From positions 66,032,001 through 66,096,000 of the forward strand of contig NC_087437.1 in NCBI RefSeq assembly GCF_036321535.1: a DNA stretch of 64,000 nt, given 5' to 3'. Under the pieces are notes generated by a model. That model saw nothing but the letters and a program-made list of their open reading frames with translations. It had not been told where the DNA came from and did no database searches. The position numbers were made by a program, and so were the translations under genes. Numbering within the stretch: position 1 is the first letter of the stretch; every line of letters begins with the position of its first letter. This document shows positions 27,271 through 39,306 of this stretch, in pieces. This stretch comes from Camelus dromedarius. Its lineage: Eukaryota.

Positions 27271-27999
27271 AACAAATGAGAGGAGGAGAGTTAAGAAGGG
27301 CTTAAAGTCTGAACAAAATCTTGAAGGAGAAGCCGAGTCCATGAGGCAGTCCAAGAAAAGAAAGGCATTCCAAGCACAGGCAGAGTCTCTACAGAGCCTT
27401 GGCAGAATTGAAAAACTTACCAAATCTAGAAACCACAAGGAGTCAGTAAGCTGAGAGCAATGAGCAATAGCCATGTGCTGAAAAATAGAGATCTAGGAAA
27501 CTGGGAAAACAGGCAGATGCCAGATCTGAGAGGGCCTTGTACAAGTAAGTCCATGAAAGGTGATGAATAAAAGTAAACTATAGGGGCCTTTTAGCTATTT
27601 CCGGGAACTTTTTTAAGTGTTGAAATTTAGGGGGACATAAAACAACAAATTCCTTAAAGTCAGCTCATTAATAACTTATCCTAGTGTCTCAGAATAGAGT
27701 CTGTGGCCCACTGTGATAGTCAAAGAACTCTAACTGCTCCTGAGTATGTGGGAAAGGCTTAATAGTCCAGGGAATAAGTAACTCTTTCTATTCTTTCCTT
27801 TAAAGGAAAGGACAACTCAAAATAGGACATTTAAATCTCTGAGTCTCTGAGTCTGTCTAGTCTTGTTTTACAGGCAAGGGGCAAAAAGCCAGGACCTCTG
27901 CTCTCCTCACCTGCTTTGAAAGGATGGTACCCCAGCCTCACAGTGGGGGACAGGCCAGAGATGCTCTGGGCATCTTCACCTCCCCTAAGGGCCAATCAT

Positions 28000-28206
28000 C
28001 TGCATCAGTGGTTCGTGAACTCCAGAGTGAGATAAAATCATGGGGAGGCCTTATTAAAGCACAGATTGTTAGGCCTACCCTAACAATTTGTGTTTTAAGA
28101 GTTTTTGATCAGTAGATTATGAGTGGTGCCTGAAAATCTGCATTTCCAGCAAGCTCCCAGGTGGTGCCAATGTTGCTGGTCTTGGGCGCTGCTCTGAGAA
28201 CCACTA
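28000..28206. mobile_element. MER5-like hAT-Charlie DNA transposon
   Basis: cagtggttc...tctgcatttccagcaagctcccaggtggtgcc...ctgagaaccacta. Confidence 0.7.
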
Positions 28207-28618
28207 CCCTAACCCAACACTAGCCTCCTAAGCCAGGTTGGAAGGCCTTCTGCTGCACCCAGTTTCCCCCCATCACAAGTCCCCTCACTCTGCAGTGTTC
28301 ACTCACTTAATCTGTGTCTTCTCCCTAACCTGTCCACTTCATGAGGGGAGGAGCTATGTGTATCTTGTTTAGGTTCATGGTGCAGTGCCTATGTCTGGTC
28401 CTGAGTAAGCATCCTACTGGTATTTGTTGAATTAATAGATGAATAACTCCAACTGGCTTCCCAAAGACAAAGAAAAATAGGTGAGGATGGGGCTCCAAAA
28501 ATCATGGTTCTAGCCCCCTGTCTTCTACAGAGAAGCACAGAAAGCACAAAAGAGTGGCAGTTGTTTAGTTTCTTCTTTCTGTTCTTCCATGTCTGAGCTT
28601 CAGCTTCCCCATCGATTA

Positions 28619-28775
28619 AAGGGTGGCCAGAGGAAACAGGACGCCCAGTTTAATTTGCATTTCAGGTAAATAACGAATCATTTTTTGGCATCTATATGTG
28701 GCAGTATTTGTTGTTTGTCTGAAATTCACATTTAACTAGGCATCCTATTTTTATTTACTAAATCTGCCAAACCTA
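28619..28775. mobile_element. MER53-like palindromic MITE
   Basis: Termini agggtggccag and ctgccaaaccta; internal inverted arms ccagtttaatttgcatttcag / ctgaaattcacatttaactagg. Confidence 0.7.
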
Positions 28776-28918
28776 CTTATATATGGATAATACTATTTCT
28801 TACCTCATAGGGTTTCCACAAAGATTAATTAAAAAACAATCTGTAAACCCTTAAAACAGCAGCTAAAGCCAAATAAGAGCTCTTTTTAAGAATTTGCTGT
28901 TTTCTTTATTGTACCCAT

Positions 28919-28920
<2 letters not shown>

Positions 28921-28971
<51 letters not shown>
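28921..28971. repeat. (CA)n microsatellite, ~25 units
   Basis: Perfect CA run. Confidence 0.97.
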
Positions 28972-28974
<3 letters not shown>

Positions 28975-30149
28975 GCCCAGAGATTCAACACTCTTCTTCA
29001 GTCACCTAGTCCAGTTTTGACAAATTTTAAATGATATTTTGAAGTCTTCATGTTTTAATTTATAACTATTCCATTTTATTATATGCTCCACAAATCTCAT
29101 CAACAGCAAATCAGCAGTTTCATAAAAGTCCTTTAAATATTTGAGGCCAAAATAACATAATCTCTTAATCTTTTCTTTGTAAGATTAGGTTTAATTATTT
29201 GATCTTTTATTATATGAACCTGTTTCTCTTCTCTAAAGCCTGTGTAGTTCCTCCCCATTTTTTTAAGTTAGAAAAATATGTGTTTATTATAATAAACTCA
29301 TAGGAAGGAAAAAGATTATTCTTTCCTCTTGCAATATTGTCTGAATTTTCCATAATTGATACATATATACAATAAAATAAGCACCTGCTTTTTTAAAATT
29401 TGGAGTCTCCTTTTCTTGTTTTTGGCTTTTTATACTCAATTATGCCTGATCAGCTTATTTAAACAGATGTCGCGATTTTTATCTTAAATTTTGCCCATTA
29501 TTAGTCAGCAATTTTATGACTCAGGAACAATGCGTAAAGGACACAGTCTATAGCCCTACCCTCTTCCAGACAAGCACACTTAATATGTTGAAATAATAAA
29601 AATGGTAACAAGATCATTATTAATGACAGTAACACTTAACATTTATTGTTAGGGTACTATGTACCAGGAACTATTCTAGGAGCCTTTAGCTTTACTAAAT
29701 CTTTTCATTCTCATAGTAATCCCATGAGAAAGATACCGTTATTATCAATTCTCAATCTTTTCTGCTCTAGTTGCTGGACGATTGCTCCATGAGCACCTCT
29801 TGCTAAGGTCAGGAAAGAGCTGCAAGGCACTAAATGAGATAAACATTTTCTGTCTTTGTCTAGCTTGCCAGTAAGTGTTGCGTTCTCTCCCTGCTCCATA
29901 CCTCTGTCCCTCTCTATTGTCTTCCCTCCCTTCCTTTCTCTCTCTTCCTCATTTTTTCCCCTTCTCTTTATCTTTCTTGCAGTAGGGTGGATTTGAGTCA
30001 TTATACCCTTCAACAATATAACAGTAGCAAAATTATTATTAAAGTTGATTTTACTTCTTTAATATGTCTCATATCAGTTTTTTTCCTCTCCAAATTCATT
30101 TAACCTCAGGGCTTCTACATTTTATTTTATATATTTTTTAACATGTACC

Positions 30150-32078
30150 TTTAAATAAATGGAAAGACATCACATATTCATGGATCTTAAAAGACTTAAT
30201 ATTGTTAGATGGCAATGCTATCCAAATTGATCTACAGATTCAACACCATCTCTATCAAAAACCCAGCTTTCTTTGTAACAGAAGTTGACACGCTGATCAG
30301 AAAATTTATATGGAAATGCAAGAAAATGCAAAGAGAGATATAGAATAGCCGAAACAATTTTGAAAAAGAAGAACAAAGCTGGAGAACTCACACTTAAAAA
30401 AAAGCTTATTAAAATGGGATGAAATTAGAATGCAATAACAATGAAATTTAGGAAATAAAAAAATATGTAGAAATTAAACAACACAATTCTGAATAACCGA
30501 TGGGTCAAAGAAGAAATCTCAAAGGAAATTAGAGAATACTTTGAGATGAATAAAAAATAAAAACATAACATATCAGTTCTTATGGGATGCAGCTAAATCA
30601 GTGCTGAGAGAGAAATTTACTGCTGTAAATGCCTATATTAAAAAAAGAAGAAAGATCTCAAATCAATAACCTAACTTTCTACCTTAAGTTACTAGAAAAA
30701 CAAAATCAGACCAAACTCAAAGCAAGCAGAAGGAAAGAAATAATAAAGACTAGAGTGGAAGTAAATGAATTAGAGAATAGAAAAACAATAGAGGGAATAA
30801 AACTGAAATGTGAAGAATTAACACCAATCCTTCAGAAACCCTTCCAAAAAACAGAAGATAAGGGAACACATTTCAACTTACTTTATGAGGCCAGTATTAC
30901 CCTGATACCAAAACCAGACAAAGAAATCACAAGAAGAGAAAACTACAGACCAATAGCTCTTAGGACTATAGATGCAAAAATCCTCAACAAAATGCCTATA
31001 AATGGTATCCAGCAACATATAAAAAGGGTTGTATACCATAACCGAGCATGATCTATCCCAGGAATACAAGATCAGTTTAATATACTAAAATCAATCAGTG
31101 TAATATACCATATTGTAGAATAAGGGACAAAGACCACATGAGCACCTAAACAGATACAGAAAAAGCATTTGACAAGGAATGAGTATTCAAAATATATAAA
31201 GAACACTTCCAACTCAATAATAAAAGATAAATAACCCATTTTTAAATGGGCAAAATTGAATATATATTTCTCCAAAGAAATCACCAATAAGCACATGAAA
31301 AAGATGCTCAACATCATTAGCCACCAAGGAAATGCAAATCAAACCCACAATAAGATACCACCCACACCCACTAGGATGACTGAAAAAAAATACAGATAAT
31401 CGTGAGTGCTGACAACCATGCTGAGAAATTAGAACCCTCATAGACTGCTGGTGGAAATGTAAAGTGGTGCAGCCACTTTGGAAAACAGTCTGGCAATTCC
31501 TCAAGGGGTTACAAAATAGTTACCGTATGATCCAGCAATTTCACTTCCAGTATTTACCAAGATAAGTGAAAACATAGATTCACACAAAATTTTGCACAAA
31601 TATTCATAGCAGCATCATTCACTATAGTCAAAAAGTGGAAACAATCCAATTTCTATTAACTGGTGAATGGACAAATAAAATGTGGTCTATCCACACAATG
31701 GAATATCATGCAGCATTAAAAATAAATGAAGTGCTGAGATACGTTGCAACATGTTGCACCTTGAAAACAATATCCTGAGTGAAAGAAGCCAGTTACCACA
31801 CCTTGTATGATTCCATTTATATGAAAGGTCCAAATAGGCAATCCATACAGTCAGAAATTAGATTAATGTTTTCCTGGGACTGAGGGACACAGTGGGAGGA
31901 ATGGAGAGTGAGTGCTGTTGGGTATGAGCTTTCTTCTTAGGGTAATAAAAATATTCTAAAATTAGATGGTGGTGATGGTTGCACAGTTCTGTGAATATAC
32001 TAAAACAATTGAAAGTACACTTCAAAACAGATGGATTTTATGGTATGTGAAGCATATCTCATGAAAATGTTTTTAAAG
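30150..32078 (+). mobile_element. Old LINE-1 (L1M), with ORF2 pieces and 3'UTR deleted and rearranged
   Basis: ORF 30629-31051 resembles ORF2p (YEASITLIPKPDK, ENYRPI, DAKILNK); L1M-type 3'UTR to ~32078. Confidence 0.88.
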
Positions 32079-33856
32079 TATAGCTTTTTTGGACTATAAA
32101 AATAATATCTGTTCATTGTAGAATGTTGCATAAGACAGAAGTACAAAGAAGAAAATAAAAGTTGCCTATAATCCCATCATGCAGAGGTAGCCAGTAATTG
32201 TTGTTAACTATTATTATTATTATTATTGTACTTCCTATCTTTTTAATCTGCATACAGTTAAACAACTGGGGCTCATGCTACACATACAAGCTTACATCTT
32301 GCTTTTTAAAATTTGACAGCATATTGTAAGCCTTTCCCCATGTCATTAAAAATGTTAGTGAATAGTTTTTAACAGTTGTATAATGTTCACAGCTAGTTAC
32401 TGGGAGATCCAGGGTTTAAAAAAAGTGTCTTGAATGTTTGATTAATTGCCAGGCCCATATAGACTAAACCTAAAGGTGGCCATCCAACTTTTGCATGAAG
32501 CCAGACTCCATTGTCACTCCTTGTATAGAGGCTGTTCACCCTTGGACAACTACGCCACCTCTTTGGACTTCTGTTTCCTCACTGCCACATGCTGTGGTTA
32601 GTAGAAGATGACAGCCAAAGTCCTTGCCAGATCTAACCCTCCAAGGAAGTCTGAGTTGGAGCCACAGGAAAGTAGAAGGAATTAGCTCACGTGCAAGTTT
32701 ACTCATCACCATCCCCTTTCTCCTTGAAGGAGAGCAGGTGGGACGCAGGTAGCAGCCTAGATCAGTCACTGCCTAAGGCTCCGGAACTGAATGCCCCTGA
32801 GTCAGCCATGGTAGGGCAGAAAGTACCCAGGCCTTTGTTAATAGTTAAACCTGGGTTCAAATCCTGGGTTCTAACACTTCCAGCTCTGTAGCCTTCAGTA
32901 ATTTACCTTCTCCTCAGCCTCAGTTCCCTCCTCTGTTAAATGGGGGCATCTACCTCAGAAGTCACTGTGGTGTTAAATATGGCATGTGAAGGTACCTAGG
33001 TACCACTCTAACACACAGTAGGTGTTCAATAAATACATGTTCCTTTTCCTAAATGCTTTTTCAAGTTCTTGAATCCTTCCTTGAAGAATGCAGGCACAGT
33101 TTAGAAGTAACAGAACAGACATATAAAAAATAATCCATCAAATTTTCTCCCAAGGAACTACAGAGTTCTGCAGAGTGTAGTTAGACAGCAATGTTAGGGC
33201 TTTCCAAGATTTATGAATGGTGCAGTGACTTCACTCCTAGTCTCATTACTTATCACACAGGAGCTCCCCTTCTCCAAGCCTAGATGATTTAGACCTCTTC
33301 ATGCAGTCTACAATCTTAGATATATAAATGCCTGGTGTAAGAAAATAAAGTGCATGAATTCTGGGTTCAGATAAGAAAGGGTTTGAATTCTAATTTATGT
33401 ACTTATTAGCCATGTCCTTGATCAAATGATTTGCCTTCTGGGTTTCCTCACACAGGAGAGGGGCAGCAATAACAATTACCTTGCAGGGTCGAGGCAAGCA
33501 CTTAAAATGACGTGTGAAGTGCCAGGCACGAGGTGAGAGGCTGATAGACGGCAGCTATGATTACTTGGCCTGTCACATCATAAAGCCGATGTCCTCAGCA
33601 GAGGGAGAAAATCCTCATCAATAGTAACAGCCACATCAACAGGGTGAAAGCTGTCAGCCTCTGAAGTGTGATCTTTTTTCAAACCCAAAGAGACTCCACC
33701 TCACCACCTTCTCCTGCCCCAGGCTACAAGCTTCTGTTCCTGAGTTTCTTTAAGTCTCCAAAGGGCCCAGGAGCACCTGCCACATTTGGCACTGGGTCAG
33801 TATTACTGAATGATGACTTCTTTGTGGTGAAATACACCCTTCTTTAACTCACTTAC

Positions 33857-34139
33857 TCGGGTACCTGTGGACGACTCTGAAGGGCTGGTTGTTCACATCT
33901 GTCTCTGTTATGCGGTAGACATAGTTCTCACTTAACCTGACAGGGTATTTCAGGACAGAGAACACCCTGAAGAAGCCATTCATCTGCTCCTCCAGGACCT
34001 CCATGGTGCTGTGGTTGCTCAGGTCCCTCTCCGCCTGGTCCAGCCAGATCACATTGGGCGTGAGGTACCAGCCCTTAGAGATGCACGTGGCCACATCCTC
34101 ATCATCAATCTTATCAAGCAGCACCTGGCATTTCAGAGT
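33857..34139 (-). pseudogene. BTNL12P: B7/butyrophilin-like gene, IgC (C2-set) exon with frameshift and Cys loss
   Basis: Acceptor tttttccaaccag|AC and donor CCG A|gtaagt. Motifs ATCISKGWY..PNVIW and GFFRVFSVL. The exon is 283 nt (not a multiple of 3), and the F-strand YxC reads YVY (TAC in place of TGC). Confidence 0.78.
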
Positions 34140-35095
34140 CTGGTTGGAAAAACTAACAAAGCAATTAGTTCCTTTTTTAATTCCAGCCCCGGAGGATGAG
34201 GCTAGCAGAAATCTTGCCCTGAGTTTTTACATTAACCCTTATGTAAGCCTCACATCTTGAGGTTCATGGTGGCTAAAATTCAGATCAAGGCACAGTGAGA
34301 GAATATCAGGATACACACATGCTCCTGCCCTCCAGGTCTCATCTACCACTGCTGCCTTTATTTTTGGCATCTTCCCCTTCTTGGCGGGGAGGGTTCATTT
34401 CAGATTCTGCTAACCTCAGACAAGCCTGCTGAGAATCACAGAAGATAACACATGATTCTCAGCTGTACCTTCCTATCTCTTCCAACCCTTACCCTGAGGA
34501 ACTCTGCCATGCCTCTCTCCACCTTCATGAGTTCTCTGATGAGGAGCAGACCACTCTCCATGTAATCCTGAAAAGGGTGAGTATCCTTGGGGCACTATGG
34601 CAATCCACTGGTCCAGCGCACTCTTACATTTTAATAGTAAAAGAATGAAACCTGGAAAAGCTAAATGATTTACCCGATTCATAGAATGAGATCTTGGGCC
34701 TCCTGACTCCCAGCACAGGGCTCTTCTCACTAAACCACACATCATATCTCAGAGCTTTCATGTAGGAGTCTTATGTAACATTTTGGTTTTCCATGTGACA
34801 ATTTGTTTGGTGCGTTTGGGATAGGACCAGTGTCGCTTTTTTTTTTTTATGTTTTGTTTGCTTGTTTGAATTAATGAATGATGTAGTCAGGTGCAGATGT
34901 AACACCTTTGGTTCTGAGCAATGTTTTTAGCTAAAATGAACTGACATTCCAAATACCTGACTCTCATGATGGGATTAAGAAGTATCTATAATAACTTGAG
35001 TAGAAGAGAAAAATTGAGAATACCGGGAAAGAAAACTTACAGTTTATCTTTGTGAACAGAGACAGAGCTTAAAACCAAGTTAATCCAACCCTCAC

Positions 35096-35499
35096 CTTCT
35101 ACTATTAGTCTAACTGTACTTTCGCATCTTCTGCTTGGTGTGATGGCTGAGCACTTGTAGATAGCTTCATCCAGGAAATCCACACTTCTTAGTAAAAGCG
35201 ATAGGGTCTCCTCAGAAAATTTCATCCCGATCCACGGAGACTCCCCTCATACAAGGAGTTTTGGTCCTCTAGTTGCTCTGTGTTATTGTGAAACTGGTAA
35301 ACCAACTTTGAGAAAACTTCAAAAAAATCATAGTACCTGAAAAAGCGGTAATATTCTTTATCATCCTCTACCTTATATTCCTCTTTGATGTCTTCTCTTT
35401 CCCAAGAAAACTCCAGATTTTCTGTGCCCTCCACAAAGGAGAAATGACAGGAAAGGGTAACGTCAGTGAAAGGGTGGGCCCGTATCTCTTCTGTAGACA
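35096..35499 (-). pseudogene. BTNL12P: B7/butyrophilin-like gene, IgV exon with net frameshift (BTNL12-like)
   Basis: Acceptor cctcag|TG TCT ACA and donor GTA GAA G|gtgag (phase 1/1). V-set motifs DVTLSC...W...YEG and LSLLL..V...DEAIYKC...VRLIV sit in two frames. The exon is 404 nt (not a multiple of 3), with a premature TGA at 35222-35224. The symbol comes from recalled synteny between FSTL1 and LRRC58. Confidence 0.8.
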
Positions 35500-35561
35500 C
35501 TGAGGACGTAGAAGAAGAAATGAAGTTAGCAAGGCAATTATAAAGACCAGTGAACACTGCA

Positions 35562-36096
35562 TCAGATAAGGTTTAACAAGATGAAAAAAATCACTGTAGC
35601 TATTTCAAGCAGAAAGGGATTTAGTACAGTGAATTAGACATTTACAAAATCGTTGGAATGCTGGAGGAAAGAGCCCAAAGAAAGGCATAGAAGGTGAAAC
35701 ATGCAATGTATGTGTTCTGTCCTTTCCTGAATGATGCTAGGCTCAGAACAGAATGCTAAGCTTGTCTGCCAGTGGAGCCACTGCCTCTGTCACATCAGGG
35801 AGCTGGTAGGTGAGGGAGCTGTCACTGCAGGAACTGGCTGGCTCCAGAGCCACACTGCATCTGCTGGATTCACACTGAAAAAAAAGAAAGGATGCCTCTG
35901 CACTATATCCTTTCTCCTCACTTAAATTTGTATCAGTTAGCAAATGTATCTGATTGGCAGAGCCTACGTCATTTTCAGAACCTAAACTGCAAAGAAATCT
36001 TGGAAATGTTTTTTCACTCTCTAGTCTCAGTAGCCCAGGAAAGCACATCAAAAAGATAAGAATAGATTTTCAGTAAGTCAGTCTACTCTACCTGCC
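35562..36096. mobile_element. Ancient LTR-like element (family uncertain)
   Basis: atcactgtagctatttcaagcagaaagggatttagtacagtgaattag...ctgattggcagagcct resembles old ERV/MaLR LTRs. Confidence 0.45.
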
Positions 36097-36984
36097 ATAA
36101 ATATCTACTGGTCTGGGCAGAGTTATGAACAGAAGGGGCTGAGGGCCAAGGGGAATACAGCTATGCACTATGTACTATTCATAGTATCATGACCTGGAAT
36201 AGAATCTGATTATGTTAGAGCTGGGAGAAAGCTTAGAGATCATCTGATTCAATCTTTTCAAATTATTTTCCCCACATCCCACCCCATTGACAGCCAGGTG
36301 AAAGATCAAATCAGTGAGACCTCCATTCTTTTACCACTTCAATCAGAACAATCCATCTCTAATTTACTTTATGAATTGGGTTTCCATGTCAGAATACTTC
36401 TGTCAAATGTCTCTGCTACTAAAAGACAAAACTGAAACCCAAGGAGCAAAGTTGCTCGGGGCCACGAAGTAAGAGACTGGTAGTACCACAGAAAGAAACG
36501 AGATCTCAGAATTGAAAAAAATTTTGGGTCATAGTCACCGAACTTTTGAGCCTAAAAGACTAATTCCCAACTCGAGTAACACAGATAGTGAAATTTTTTC
36601 TTTTTCTCCTAGGAACACTATGCAAGCAACAAGCACCAGAAAGGAGGAAGAACTAAGTCATCATGAGCCTAAGTAAGGATATTGTTTGATATAATGTAGT
36701 GAGATTAAATAGAAGAAAGAAATAGGTAAGGCCCTACGGAAAACTCAAATGGTGGATGTTAATAGGCAAGGAAGCTTCTAAGCCATCAGCCCAGCAAAGA
36801 GCAGTCAGAGAGACATCCGGCTGGGGACAGTCCAGCTGAATAATAGATGCAATCTGCTCATTTCAGCAGTAGCAGCCACGTGGCTATTGATGGGGTTGGG
36901 CATAGACTGTCCACAGAGGACAGAGACCATATCTTAACCCTGTTTCACCAGTGCCTAGCACAGAACTTGACACAGTAAAAAGTG

Positions 36985-37450
36985 TATGGTCTGGTGGTTA
37001 ATTTTATGTGTCAATTTGACCGGGTCACAGGGTCCACAGATATTTGGTCAAACATTACTCTGGGCACGTCTGTGAGGGTGTTTTTAGATAAGATTAACAT
37101 TTGAATCGGTAGACTGAGTATAGCTGATTGCTCTCTCTAATGTGGGTGGCCTCAATCAGTTGAAGTCCTGAATAGAACAAAAAGACCAACCCTCCCTTGA
37201 GGAGCAGGGAACTCCTCTTGCCCAGCTGTTTGAGCTAAGAATTTGGTCTTTTCCCGCCTTCAGACTGGAACTGAAACATAGGCTCTTCTTGGGTTGTGAG
37301 CTTCAGACTTGAAAAAGAACTACACCATAGGCTCTCCTGGGTCTCCAGCTTGCCCAGTGCAGATCCAGGGACTTCTCACCTCCATAATCACTTGAACCCC
37401 TTATATAGATTTTGTTTGTTCCATTTCTCTGGAGAACCCTAACTAATGTA
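36985..37450 (+). mobile_element. MLT2-like ERVL solo LTR
   Basis: tggttaattttatgtgtcaatttgac...gatatttggtcaaacatt...ttctctggagaaccctaactaat. Confidence 0.85.
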
Positions 37451-38984
37451 TCAGGTAACATTTATTAAATTTTACAATGCACTAGACATATTCTAAGAGC
37501 TTTTCCTGAACTAATTCATTTAATCTGCATACTAACACCGAGGTAGGTACTATTGAGAAAACCAAGGCACAGTGAGGTGAAGTTGTTCAGGGACACTTGG
37601 CTAGTAAGAAGTAGGGCTATGATTCAAACCCAGGCTAAGTCTGGCTCCATCTGAACCGGGTTCTTTCTTCTAACAGTAGGCACTCGTTCTAAGTTGATGA
37701 ATGAAAAAATGACTAATTAAACAAATGACTGAATGAATATAAAGGAAGACAGAGAATGGAAAAAAGGAGGCAGGATGAAACAACTTGTCTAAATTTCAGA
37801 AGGAAGGAATTGCATATTAAAAAAACCAAGCACTCTCCTGCTCAAATTGTTATGTGTCTGACATGGTTATAATCAAGAAGCAGTCGATTACAGGTATGAA
37901 AAATCTTGGTAGATTTGTAAATGCAAGTTATAAGTCCTCTTCCTAGTCATTTGAAATTGGGCAAGTCACTGAATCTCATTTATGTTAGTTTCCTTATGTA
38001 TAATTAGGGCAAAAACACCTGCCCCAGGGTTGTTATGAAATACTTTGGGAATCTTAGGGACTGTTTTTATGTGACATGGTTCAGTCATTTTCCAGAGGGA
38101 CAGAAGGAGTAGACCAAATGGGTGGATAAGTTAGTAAGCTGCCCTTTTTCCCAATCTCTTTCATAGAAATATGTGGCTCACTCATGAAAGGTCCTTGATT
38201 CTAGATTCTCAGTTTATATCCAGGAGGTCTTGCTCAGGTCTGAGACTCAGGAATCCAAAGGCTCTGGCAAGTAAATCTGAAACAGGATCTGCCGATGATG
38301 TAATTGGTGATATTAAAGCCAACTTTTGACTTTAATATCTGCAGATGTGTCTGCAGATGGCCCTACTTGAAGCTGAATAACTCTTTTGTCTATTTCAATC
38401 TGTATTATTTCTAAACCTTTGTTTCTTTAGCTTCCCAAAGCCCGAGAAGCTGAGGCAAAAGGCCAGCGAAAAGCTAATATGGGAAAACACTCTGAAAACT
38501 GTAAAAAGATACTGTATCTAAAACACCTAATATAGTCCCTAGCACCTAGTATTAGGTTGTCACTACTGCTATAAAATGTAAGGTATTAGAACTAACACAC
38601 ATTTTTCTTTCTCACATATATACACATTCTTTTAATTTATTTGGTTGGGTTGTTCCTGACTATGACTAGATTACTAGTTCACTTTGCCTTTCTGCTCCTT
38701 TCTGCACACACACACACGCACACACACACACACAGACTTACTAAGCATCAAAAGAAAAAAGTCAGCAAAGGTAACCTGGGTGGACCAGGCCTTGCACTAA
38801 CTCCTGAATAGAACTCTGGGGCCTGAGGATGCCTTCCAGCTGCTGCCACCTTTAAGAGACTGGCAGGACTGCTGTAGGTGCCTGAGAGACTACATACACG
38901 TGAAAACTATAAATGTGTTTGATCACTTTTAGAGTAGTTATAGTGCAGGTTTTGGATATATGGTTTTTAAAAGAAATTTTTGCA

Positions 38985-39306
38985 GGGGAGGGTATAGCTC
39001 AGTGGTAGAGTACATACTTAGCATGCGCGAGGTCCTGGGTTCAATCCTCAGTACATCCACTTTACATGTATGCCCCTACCTCGAGCTCGTTCGTAGTCTT
39101 CTCGTAGTTTTCCTGTAGACAAGAGGTGAAAAGGGTGTAAGCCCTGGAGACGATACCTGGGTGCACTGCTGGAATTTTTTGTTTTGGTGGAGTTGATACT
39201 CATCTTTAGTAGTTTATGAATTGTAAATCCACTAAAAAATTAATAATAATAATAATAATTTAAAGATACATAAATAAACCTAATTACCTCCCTCCCAAAA
39301 ATTTTT
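38985..39306 (+). mobile_element. tRNA-derived SINE (Vic-1-like) split by a 163-nt captured sequence
   Basis: Head ggggagggtatagctcagtggtagag...ggtcctgggttcaatcc; tail taaataaacctaattacctccc; TSD-like aaa(t/a)ttttgca on both sides. Confidence 0.88.

Noticed and set aside
38985..39060. tRNA-like sequence with A and B boxes
   Set aside because: It is a SINE head with a tail and TSD; no proper acceptor stem or anticodon arm
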